From Octopus sinensis (taxonomy: Eukaryota): a DNA stretch of 64,000 nt. The position numbers and the translations under genes were made by a program. The DNA lies in contig NC_043001.1 of the NCBI RefSeq assembly GCF_006345805.1, positions 101,928,001 through 101,992,000 on the forward strand. Direction: 5' to 3'. The stretch's first letter is position 1, and each line of letters starts with the position of its first letter. The notes under the pieces are model-generated. The model was given only the letters and a program-made list of their open reading frames with translations. It did not search any database and had not been told where the DNA came from. This document shows positions 52,306 to 64,000 of this stretch, piece by piece.

Positions 52306-52692
52306 TGGAGGCACAATGGCCCAGTGGTTAGGACAGCGGACTCACGGTCGGAGGATCGCGATTTCGATTCCAAGACCGGGCGTTGTGTGTGTTTATTGAG
52401 CGAAATTGCCTAAAGCTCCACGAGGCTCCGGCAGGGGGGGGGCGACCCCTGTTGTACTCTTTCGCTCCAACTTTCTCTCACTCTTTCTTCCTGTTTCTTG
52501 TCCCCGACTTCCTACGCAACCGCTGAGCTTGGATGCGCATTCATCCATCCGTCGATGCTCTCGGTGTCGGGGGTTGACCTGCTTTCTCTTCTGCGGGTCT
52601 TACGCATAGCAAAGGACCACATTTCGAACTTCTCCTGAGGCGCGATCTTGCGAGCTCTGGGACGAAGACCGCTTCGCTCAACAAACAAACAA
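52306..52692 (+). mobile_element. tRNA-derived SINE (family D) with (CAAA)n tail
   Basis: GGCCCAGTGGTTAGG (A box), ATTTCGATTCC (B-box-like); homologous to 26322-26620. Confidence 0.8.
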
Positions 52693-54192
52693 GCAGCACT
52701 CACATTCCACCAACAGGAAACCTTGCCCTATCCACAAGTTTGGTCGGTGGCTCACTCCAGGCTGTGTCAGGGACAACCTTCCGACCGTTATGAGTCTATG
52801 GCTCTACCTCTGTGGCAAAGGCACCGCTTCCTGATAATGCTGCAAGTTTGATTTATAGATAGATGAATAATGTGTGCGTGTGTGCACGCGCACGCGCACT
52901 TAGAAAGTAAATGGCTGAGCGAATATGAAAGAACAATGATAGAACAAAACTAAGGATAAATGAGAAGAACAAAGAGGGAAAAGAAAACAGAAAAGCAAAA
53001 AAGGGGCCGAAAATACTTTTATCTTTGCATTTCATGCTATATTTTACAATGCAAAGAAAATAAAACAACAAATACAGAATATTAATTTTTATCCTTTATT
53101 TTTACAAAAATAAAAAATGCAGAAAACTTTGTAAGATAAAACAAACAAACAAACAAACAACTGGAAAACAAAAACAGAAAAATGTGAAAATATATTCGCT
53201 TGTATACATAAAAGGCGGTGGACTGACAGAATCGGTAAAGTGGCAGATAAAATGCCTTGTGGTATTTAATTATGTCCCTTTACGCTGTGAGTCCAAATCC
53301 CACCAGAGTTGACTTTACTTTTCATCCTACCGAAGATCGATAAAAAGCACGAGCCAAGTGCTGGCGTCGATTAAATCGATTATGCCCCTCCTCCCCACCA
53401 CCACCACCGCCACCACACTGCATTTCAGGCTTTGTGACGATGCTTTACATATTATTATTATTACATACACACACACATACATGCACACACATACATACAT
53501 GCATACATACATACATACATACATACATACATACATCGACACTTACATGCGGATATATGGACTTGTGTGTGTGTGTGTGTGTGTTGTGTGTGTGTGTGTG
53601 TGCGCGCGTGTGTATCTATCTATGTAAAGATAATATATATGCATGCAAGCAGGCATGTATGTATGTATATAATAGTAGAATCGATAGATCGATGGATTAC
53701 ATTGTAAATGATATTTAACTGCATCTCTATACTTTCTGAATTAGATATTGTTTTCCACCGTTTGACGGTCGATAAAACAGGGACCAATCAGATCGATATA
53801 TCGACTCTTGAGAATAGTGCTCCAGTCAAAGTCCAATAATTGAAACCAGTAAAGCACTAAACACACACTACACCAATGGGAACAACCAAAGAATGGACTC
53901 TGTCCAAGACGGACATCTCAAAGAACACCTGGCTCTGGCTGATGTGCCTTGAGTGTAATTTGGTGTTCACTCAGTGAGAGTTTTTAAAAGAAACCTCTTG
54001 TGTTGATGTAACCTGCTCTTAAAAACGAATTCTCAGTAGAACAAAATAGTCATTCAGATTTCTGTCAAATGTAATCCTTATTTATTCAAATTGCTTTGAA
54101 TTAATAATGCATTATCTTGTAGCTTTGAGATTTTAATGATGTGATTGCTTACTTTTTTAGAATGACATAGTAGGATAGGTGTGAGAGGCCAG

Positions 54193-54607
54193 CAAGGCGG
54201 CGAGCTGGCAGAAACGTTAGCAAGCCGGGCGAAATGCTTATCGGTATCTCGTCTGCCGTCACGTTCTGAGTTCAAATTCCGCCGAGGTCGACTTTGCCTT
54301 TCATCCTTTCGGGGTCGATTAAATAAGAACCAGTTACGCACTGGAGTCGATATAATCGACTTAATCCATTTGTCTGTCCTTGTTTGTCCTCTCTGTGTTT
54401 AGCCCCTTGTGGCTAGTAAAGAAATAGGTATCTCGTCTGCCGTCACGTTCTGAGTTCAGATTCTGCCGAGGTCGACTTTGACTTTCGTCTTTTCGGGGTC
54501 GATTAAATAAGTACCAGTTACGCACTGGGGTCGATATAATCGACTTAATCCGTTTGTCTGTCCTTGTTTGTCCTCTCTGTGTTTAGCCCCTTGTGGGTTG
54601 TAAAGAA
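54193..54607 (+). mobile_element. SINE family A with tandemly duplicated 3' part and 18-bp TSD
   Basis: TSD ATAGGTGTGAGAGGCCAG at 54175-54192 and 54608-54625; the second unit restarts at GGTATCTCGTCTGCCG (about 54427). Confidence 0.9.
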
Positions 54608-55488
54608 ATAGGTGTGAGAGGCCAGATTTGGTCAGTTTGAACTTAAAACGGAGAATGTTTTGGCTGAATACGGCTGATTTAAGAGCTAATCGATTAAAGA
54701 TGAGATGGAAGTAACAGCTTCAAGAATAGTAATTCATGCTTAACCGAAAAGTACCACACAATCAACCACTTTCCACTGATAAGGAACAAAACAGAGAAAA
54801 TCAATTGAGCTTTATTTTCAGAAAAAATAACTGAAATGGTATCTTTTTAAAACATTGGAAAATTCACTGGTGACGCCACACATTACATGACCATTGACCA
54901 TCCTGCCTGTAGATCTTATTATATCCAGTGAATTGGGTCGTTGAAAATTGAAACAAGAATAAACCCATAACAACAGTTACTGAACACTCAAATACATTCA
55001 CTCCGATGTTGCATTGATATGGTGAGGATAGATTTAATTGTTAGTCACGCAAGGCTGAACGCAGACGGAACAATACAATGTAGAATATTTCTTTCCGAAA
55101 ATGATCAAAAAGGATCGAAAACGTTTTGGGGCATGGACCCAAGGAAATAACGAGAACAGTAATTAGAACTATCGCAGAGAGTAAGTATAAACGTTCTGCC
55201 TATTGCTGTCATATTCTTCCTTACCTACGTTGTCATAACAACGCCAACTTTGGTTTTTTATCCTGTCTGCCATTGGGACCCAGTTTACTAACATAAGTTT
55301 TGTTTGGGCCAGAAAGCGAAATACAAACTAGCTTTCATCGTTGAATACTTATAGCAATTCATTAATTTATTTTCAGGTGAACACTGACAGCCATTTCTGA
55401 GGAAGGGAACATTAGATATACACGTTCTCCTTTAGGTTTCAAATATTTTACAATAAAATCGTTGTATTCCTCCAATATACGTTGAAGT

Positions 55489-55558
<70 letters not shown>

Positions 55559-55567
55559 TACGACATT

Positions 55568-55609
<42 letters not shown>

Positions 55610-57184
55610 CACGCACACACATGTGTGTGTGTATTTGTAAGTATAGAGATGTTGATTCTCCCCGAGAACTACGTTAGGGGTACGCGTATCTGTGGGGTGC
55701 TCAGCCACTTGCACGTTAATTTCACAAGCAGGCTGTTCCGTTGATTAGATCAACTGAAACCCCCATCGCCGTAACCAACGGGGGTGGGCAGTTTGTGAGT
55801 GATCTCAGTCACTTGGCATTGAAACAATGGACCTTGTTTCCAGTGTTATCGTTCTATAGCAAGGTGGTTTGGTGGGAGTGAAGTGGAGCTGCTAAACGAA
55901 GATATATTTCGTTGACTGTGTGAATAATAACTGAAGCACACTTGCGAACATTTAACTGAAATATTTATTGCCGAACATAAAGATATTTAGTGTTGGCTCT
56001 TCACAATGTGCAACACTAATAATTGCTGAATGGGTGAGAGAGAGAAACCGCGTTGCATCTATGGAAGTTACTTACGAGACGTTGTGTGAATGTTCAGAAT
56101 GGATTTGTCTGAGAACCTGCAGTTGTCTGCACAAATGTCTAAAACTGTTCGTATGGCAAGAGAGGAGGTGCACCAAATAGTCAGCCACTTTCAACATTCT
56201 GCTATTAATTGAGCACCTAAAACGGTTTTTATAGGAAACAAAAGAATATTTGAGAAGACTATATTACGCCACAGCCTCATGCTGGTTGGTTAATTAATAA
56301 ACCGATCTCGTGAAACAATGGTGGTTGCTTTTTTTCATAGTGTCTGACCGGTTATCCAGTAGTTAGGTTTCGAATTATTGTTATAGTCCTATTCTAGCAT
56401 ACAGGAAAACTTGTTTTTAGCCTATGGAGCTTATGTGGAGTTAAAAGAAAACCTACAGAATGAATGGCAGGTTTTACCGGAAGAAATAAAGCCCGAGTGA
56501 ATTCAAATACCTAGTCTACACTAACACAACACTCCTAAATATGTGTGTGTGTGTACGCTCGTTTTTTATAACAACTTATCGCCCTCTATTATACTACAAG
56601 CAACCTTATACTTCACACAAAATATGTCTCTTCTCATCGTCTCCATCTCTAACCTCACTGTGTGTCTCAATTCTCAAATCTCACGGATGCTGAAAAAAGC
56701 CCGTCGTACATGTATATAGGCGTGTGTGCGCGAGTGCGTGTTCGTGTGAATATTTACAAAGCAACGCAGAGCAACGCGTATGGATGTAGTACCTTTTTGT
56801 TGACCCGCCTATGGATAATGATATTATTGATTTGGTTAGGCTGCAACCAGTAAAGGTTGTTGATGTTTCCTCTCAACTAAATCGGCCACATACTTCTGTA
56901 CTACTTTTGAATTTGTTTGAAATTAAAATTCCTCACATAAAAGAAGAGATAAGCGTTGGGACAGGAAAAGAATCTGGCCATAAAAATCCCAGCGCATCAA
57001 TTCACTCTCGTCAAACAAAACAAAAGAAAGAAAAGAGTGTGTATGCATGCTTTCCAGCTCGTCGATAATCATCGAATGCAAACATGCCTTGGCAAAAATT
57101 TTCAGCCCTTGGTTTAGTAAATAATCATTGCCCATTATCATCAAAATATCGATTTCAAATTTAGACACAAATTTAGAAGGGGCT

Positions 57185-57340
57185 AAGTCGATTACATGTT
57201 CAACAGGTACCTACTTTATTGACCCCCAAAAGGATGAAAATCAAAATCTACCTTGGCAGAATTTGGATTCAGAACATAAGGCCATACGAAAGGCCACTAA
57301 GTATTTTACCCGGCATGCGAACGATTCTGCCAGCTTACTA
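57185..57340 (-). mobile_element. SINE family A (diverged)
   Basis: Reverse complement aligns to the family A head and body. Confidence 0.7.
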
Positions 57341-58004
57341 TGCTGAGCTGTTTTGAGAGCCGTGTGTACACCCCCGATTCGATTACACTACGTAAGCCCT
57401 GCAAATGCCCGACGTTGTTTCAATGTCTTAGATACAATGTCTTTGGTTATCTCAAGAAATATGAAGCATAAACGACAGCAAATATGCAAATAATATCTTC
57501 ACCAAAGGCGGGGAAATAGAAGACGAAAAATGTTACGAAAATAAACATCGGAACAGAATATGTTTACTCTCAAGAATATTCAATGTTTGTTGGGGTTATT
57601 CTGCTGCACACCGAAGGATACACCATCAGAACAATCCTTGTAGCATTTAAAACATCGGGCAGAATGACGGCAGTTACACTGCTTGTGTAATGCCTTATTT
57701 TTTAGTATGTTTTTAAAGAAGACTACAGTTTAAATATTCTTAGCATCAAATGTTCTCAGTCTAGCGTTCTAGACAAACATTCAAAATCGTTTTCTGTGCT
57801 GGGGATTCAATTAGAAGAACAACATAAGGTAAGAAAATTTATTATTTCCTTTCTAAGGTGGTTCAACCTTCCTAAAACAATATCTCTAATATCCTTTCCC
57901 TGTTGGAAAAAAAACTGCCGCCGATAAGATAGCATCTATATCATTGGTTAACCCACTAGAAATAATATACTTGTCATTCATTGTTAATATACATCGTTTC
58001 TGAA

Positions 58005-58195
58005 GGCGGTGAACAGGCAGAATCACGAGGAAAATACTTTTGTGGCGTTGCGTCCATATTTACGTTCTGAGTTCAAATTCCGTCGACGTTGACTTTATCT
58101 TTCATTCTTTCGGGGTTGATAAAATAAGTACCAGTTAATTACTAGTAATCAACTTGACCTCTCCCTCGAAATTACTGGTGTAGTGCCTAAATATG
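58005..58195 (+). mobile_element. SINE family A (diverged)
   Basis: AAGGCGGTGAACAGGCAGAATC...GTTCTGAGTTCAAATTCCGTCGACG. Confidence 0.7.
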
Positions 58196-60146
58196 AAAGC
58201 AATATACATTCTTTCTCGCCCCCCCCCCAAAGAACAGTAACATTGTATGATGTAATCTTAGATACACAATGAGTAAGAGATGAGATGGTGAATGCTAGTC
58301 TGACTTTGACCATTGGTCTCCTCGTAATAAGGGCTAAGCAACAAGCAAAAACATTTGGTTTTATATTTTACCTTACATTAAAATGAACAGAAAGTGTTAA
58401 AATGTTCTGCTTGTATGTCGTTTTGTCATATCTCGAACTGGCTAATTTCGATCATTCTATGAATTTATAACATGACAGGAATGTAACTGAATATCGTTTG
58501 TTAAAAGATTGTTTTTAATTAATGACTTTGAAAAATCCTGAATTAACATCTTCAAAGAAGTCATCATTTTTGTTCAAACTTATCTTTTTTCAGTCAACCA
58601 ATTCTATTGAATCTATAGGGCTAGACACAAAAGTTATGTTTTATTGTCTTTTCCAATTCTTAATGAAGTTACATCTTTTAGACTTTATCATCATTAAGAA
58701 TTGTTTGGAAATTTCTTAAGAAACACATCTGACAATCTTGCTGCTTCACTTCTTTTGTTAATAACCTCACCACAATATACTCTGTGATCTGAAAAAAGGA
58801 CTTATTTTAGTTTTATTGCTTTTGTAGTGGTGGTTCAGAACCGAACTACTAGTTAGCCAGTCAGACATCATGACCAAATCACAGTAGTTTCATGTGATCG
58901 GTCCATTAAGCCACCAACTAGTATCTAGCCATCATGTGATTCGATTTTCTAGAACTTTTTGCTTGTACCCTATAAAAAGACCACTTTTAGCATCAAAACT
59001 TTTGGCAGAGCATTGAGACCAGCCAATTCATTCGCACGTCTCACCTTTTGCCTGGCAGCATGTCGAGTCTCCATCCTTGCCATCTCCATTCAGTTAAGAC
59101 AGATGGCTGATAATAGACAGAGGAATTTTCATCTCCACAAATATCGTGCAATTATTTTCGAGTTATGATGGGCCAACCACAGATTGCTAAATCAGTAAGT
59201 TTGTCATAACCTCCGAGCAGTATGTCTTCCCCTACTATTTAATTATTACTGCTAGTATTTGTAAAAGACCAACACAATTGAAACACTGAGTGCCATAAAA
59301 TCTTCTGTTAAATGTTTCCAGGTTGTTGTTCAGTTATTTCTTCACACAACCTGAGAAATACATTTTCATTCAGCAACTCAGACCAGCCAACAACAACACA
59401 ACATTTTCATTACCTTACTGTAGTGTCCTAAATGCATTTCTCATTTTCATAAAACACTTCATGAAATACAGCCAGTGATCACGTGATCGATGAGACAATC
59501 AGATGTTGTTATACATCACTGGTCACAATGTGCTTTGCATCGTTTTAGCTTTCGAATGATGCCGCCTCACTGGCTAAGGCAGCAGGCCAACATTCCCTTT
59601 GATCAGAAGGCTATTCTGTCACAAGGTGACCCATTGACGACTGAGTGGACTGGTGCAAGGTGAAATGAAGTGTTTTGCTCAAGATCACAACACACTGTCC
59701 AGTCTGGCAATTGAACCCACATTCTAGAGATCATGAGTACAACACCCTAACCACAAGGCCACATGCCAATAAATGCAGTCTGTAAACATCAAATACAGAC
59801 GTTATCGTCCAATGTGGATAAAGTAATTGATCTACGAGTAAAACGTTTATAAAATAGCTACACTTAGGGTTACTCCATTGTTTGGTTGCAGAATGAGGCT
59901 GCTCAAGAATGTCCATGATGAAAGGTCTTCCAGCCATGACTGTCCTGTCTTTTTATGGAGGGGTCGTGTATCTAGAACTGTTATCTACATTAACTTGATT
60001 TTTAAAGGATTTAAATGCTGTTTCCATTTTGGTGGGATTATAGTGTCTAACAATAATAAGCATTTATTTATAGCAGTGAGGATATGCATGTATGTACAGT
60101 ATGTATGCATGTATGCATGCAATGCAATGTAATGTAATGTAATGTA

Positions 60147-62765
60147 AAATCCAGGCTGCAGGTATTACCCTACCTAAAAGACTGAATGTTGCTCGTCTTA
60201 AGTGAAATAGTGTGAAGAGACTTTTACGAGAGGAAATGAATGCTACAGATATTGGGGAGGATTGGCCGACCCTTAAAAAGTCAGTCTTTGATATAGGCAG
60301 GAAAGTTCTGGGATTGATGCAAAGAAAGCATCAAGATTGGTTTAAAGAAAATGATGAACATATAGATGATTTATTGGCTGATAAAAGATGTATTTTGTCA
60401 TGCTATTTGTCAGCAAAGCCACAGGAGAGGGAAGTGTTGCATGGGGAACTCAAGGATGTAAAATCACATGTGAAGTGGAGGCTTTCTCAGATGAGGGATA
60501 CATGGTGGAGTAAGAGAGCTGATGAGACACAGGCAGCATCAGATTCCAATAACACAAAGCTGTTGTATGGTCTCTTACGAGAAGTTTATGGACCGATTTC
60601 TTCTCTGATGACACCACTTCAAAGCAGGGATGGTAAAGAACTTATTCATGATTCACAAGGAATTTTGCAAAGATGGCAAGAACACTTTGATGAACTATTG
60701 AATCAGCAGTCTGTAGTTAGTGAGGATGTTCTCAATCTCATCCCTGGATTACCTGTGAAGGCAGCTCTCACAGAACCACCAAAGCTGGAAGAAGTTGCAG
60801 TGGCTGTCTCAAGGATTAATAATGGGAAGTCTCCGGGTATGGATGGCATATATGCAGAGTTGTTACAGCATGGTGGTGAGAAACTTCTGCAGGAACTTCA
60901 CTCTTTGTTTGGTATGATATGGACTAGTGAATCTGTACCTGAGGACTGGAGAGATACAGTAATGGTGGTCTTATATAAGGGAAAGGGCAACAGGAATGAT
61001 TGTGGTAACTATAGGGGAATATCATTGCTTTCTGTCATAGAAAAGGTTTTAGGCAGGGTACTTTTGGATCATCTGCTGAAACACGTTGCATATTGTGTTC
61101 CAGAAAGTCAATCTGGCTTTCATGTGGGATGCGGCACTGCTGATGTGATCAATTCAGCTAGACAGCTTCAGGAGAAATGTGTGGAACAGGGTCTGGATTT
61201 ATATCAGGTTTTTGTTGATCTGACAAAAGCCTTTGATACAGTTAATAGAAATGCACTGTGGAAAGTCCTCCAGAAACTTGGGTGTCCTGAAAAGTTCCTT
61301 GCTTTGGTTAGGTCTTTTCATGAAGACATGAATAGTAGGGTTATTGTTAGAGGGAGCCTATCTCAATACAAAATGGAGTTAAACAGGGGGATATTCTGGC
61401 ACCGACCCAATTTGCCATATATTTTGTGATGGTTTTCTGTATTGCATTCAGAAACTGCAGATATGGTGTTTATATCCATTATTAAACCTCTGGCAGCATA
61501 TTTAATATCATAAGAGACCTTTTGTATGCAGATGATTGGGACCTAGTTGCACACACAGATTAATATGCAACACATTTCGAATGCATTCTCTGATGCTTGC
61601 ACTACCTTAGGATTGACAGTCAATCTCAAGAAAACTGTTGTCATGTACCAACCTGCCCCTAGTAAGCAGTATAGTGAACCAAATATCTTTGCATATGGTA
61701 AACGACTTTGTGTAGCTGATCTGTTTGTCTATCTGGGAAGCACTGTTAATAGATATGGCAATGTGGATGATGAAGTTCCATACAGAATTAGGAAAGCAAG
61801 TGATGCTTTCGGAAGGCTAGAAAGGCGCCTCTGGAGTCGGCGAGACATATGCAGAAAGACAAAGATAAAAGTGTACAAGGCATGTGTGCTCCTTTCTCTT
61901 CTCTATGCCTGTGAGACGTGGGTCACATATAGATACCACCTTAAGCAACTGGAAGGTTTCCATCAGATGTGTCTCAGGCAAACTATGGCATTAAGTGGGA
62001 GGACCGTATCAGTGATCTTGAGTTATTGGAAGGCTCTTGGTGTAAAAGTATAGAAGCTCTTGTGTTAAAGCAAAGGCTCAGATGGAGTGGTCAGGATGAA
62101 GGATTCAAGGATGCCAAAACAACTCTTTTATGGAGAGTTAGCTAAAGGAGAACGACCTCCACATAAACCAAAAAAGAGGTATAAGGACTTACTGAAGGCT
62201 TCCTTAAGAGATGCTTGCATCTCTCCTGACACATGAGAAGGCATAGCTATTGATCGTAGCAGGTGGAGAAGGATTGTGCATGAGGAGACGGCCACGTTTG
62301 AAAAATCTCGAGTTGCACATGAGAAAGTAAGGAGGGATGTCAGGAAGGGCATTGCTGTTACACTTTCAGAAGGGAAGGGTCTTCCTTTGATTCTGACATG
62401 CAATGTCTGTACAAGACCCTACCGCAGTAAAGCTGGACTCATGAGTCATCTTTGTAGTCATAAAGCGAGACAGATGAGTGACAACCTGGCCACTGGTGTT
62501 GGTGTAACACACCATACTAATCATATCTGTTGGGAATGTGGAAGAGAGTGTAATTCAGCAGGAGGACTTAAACGACATGCAAAGGTACATGAAGCCCAGT
62601 TACAACTACAGCCGGCTATTGCCGATGAAGGTTTTAGTTGCCAATTCTGTACAAGACATTGTAGATCTTTAGCTGGGCTAAAAAAGTCACATTCGATCAC
62701 AGCACCAGTAACAGTTAAGCTTCTTGCAATGGTCATACTCGATAACGAGGGGGCAGCTATCATGC
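60147..62765 (+). mobile_element. 5'-truncated RTE-clade LINE: RT domain plus three C-terminal C2H2 zinc fingers, disrupted
   Basis: KHQDWFKEND, GKSPGMDGI, NYRGISLLS, FVDLTKAFDTV, GVKQGDILAP, YADD (61525-61536), LLYACETW, LRWSG. Fingers at 62399-62461, 62528-62590 and 62639-62705. Several frameshifts and stops; no APE domain in the window. Confidence 0.93.
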
Positions 62766-62874
62766 ATGTATGGATGTCTTCTATTTTTTGGTTAGTAAAA
62801 ATCTTCCAGTGAGGAGGGAGCCAGTAACAAAGATATAAGGCTCCATCTTTGGGATGTTGTTAATGCAGACAAGT

Positions 62875-63180
62875 TCACATTTGGAACTTGAGAAAAGTCT
62901 TGCATATTTTTACTGTTCTACATACAGATTGCATTTGTAATGTATGAATGAACCAGATGATTTCTCTTTCTGAAAATCCCAGTTTATGCAGATTCTCCTT
63001 TAAGCATTTACTAACAAAACCTAGTACTCCAATTATTATTGGTAGGAATATGAAATCATAGTCTGGATATAGAAGCTGGAGGTTTTGAAGCAGTTGTCCA
63101 TAGGCATCCTCTTTCTCTTTGATTTTCAATGAGATATTTATATCTTCAGGGCAGCTAACCTCTATGATGTTACATAACAT
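62875..63180 (-). mobile_element. R4/Dong-clade REL endonuclease C-terminal fragment
   Basis: IIEVSCPEDINISLKIKEKEDAYGQL...PIIIGVLGFV...LQMQSVCRTVKICKTFLKFQM*. Confidence 0.85.
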
Positions 63181-64000
63181 TGCCCCTAATATGTATGCAT
63201 GCATACATGCATGGACAGACGGACTGATACATCTTAACTATGCTTGTGTTTTACAAATTTCTCCCTGATACAGAAAGAACCTGTTCCTAACACAGAAATG
63301 AGACTCTTTGATATGTATATATAATATATGTGTATGTATAAATATCTGTGTTATGTGAATAACATATATATGCTAGTATGAATGCTTGTATATGTTTGTA
63401 TATGTACATATATAATCAAATGTTACACTGAGTGAAATAAAACAATCCATTCTGAGAAGGTAAAAGATGGACAGACGAAGATCTTATCCGGAGTGTGTTT
63501 TTAGTCATTTTTCAACAAAACATTTTAACAGTGCACATATAAACACAAAATTAAAACTAAAGCAATGACAGCATGTGTGTGTAAATTTTTATGTGTGTAC
63601 TTCAGTGCGGAATTGCAAATAGATAAAAGATAAGGCACAGACACCAAGTAAAATGATGCAAACTCTGAACAGCATTTCATCAACTGTTGCTGAAGACTGT
63701 AACAACTTCAGCATGTTTAACAACAGGATTGCTCGATGCAGTGTGCTAGTGGATGTATAATGGAGGACACTAGGGAATACAGGATGATGTTAGAAAATTT
63801 AGGTTACGGAAAAGAATGACAAGCACGCCAAAATACTGGGAAATTTACGAGAAATGAGCTGAAGTAAATATTCTAAAACTGTTGTCTTAGAAAGATGCAA
63901 AAATAATTTTTATGGCTGAGATAAATAGAGCACAAGATAAGAAAAGAAATTTAAATAGAGAATGTCTTTCGAGTGGAGGGAAAAAAGCAAACCATAATTA

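Noticed and set aside
52695-52835. GC-rich segment tested as an HDV-like ribozyme or RTE 5'UTR
   Set aside because: A P1-like pairing exists, but the P1.1/P3/J4-2 nested pseudoknot could not be assembled.
56811-57068. 85-aa ORF MDNDIIDLVRL...
   Set aside because: No recognisable motif and no splice support.
58823-59403. Possible solo LTR (TGTAGTGG...CA, TATAAAAAG)
   Set aside because: The TSD does not match (CTTT versus TTTT) and there is no second copy in the window.

Overview
64 kb of AT-rich, microsatellite- and repeat-dense eukaryotic DNA. The SINE families and the (TA)/(CA)/(CATA)/(CAT)/(AAT) microsatellite load point to a coleoid cephalopod, most likely Octopus (inference from recognition, not a database search). 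I found no intact protein-coding gene, rRNA, true tRNA or CRISPR array; most ORF-track entries are microsatellite translations. Supported content: decayed retroelements (RTE fragments including a 2.6 kb RT copy ending in three C2H2 fingers, CR1-like 3' ends, R4/Dong-clade REL fragments, a Gypsy integrase with LTRs), Tc1 and mariner relics, piggyBac-type MITEs, many tRNA-derived SINEs, and a possible disrupted rhodopsin-class GPCR at 1.4-2.7 kb. The most interesting signal is several unrelated short elements sharing a 'long inverted repeat plus one-sided extension' (foldback) layout, with hammerhead-ribozyme cores in or near the hairpin apex (6.9, 7.2, 19.6, 20.4, 30.0, 36.3, 38.5, 50.1 kb). 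These fit non-autonomous Penelope-like retroelements, and many sit inside (TA)n tracts. A Dong-like array in (AAT)n at 43.2-44.4 kb is a second case of microsatellite targeting.
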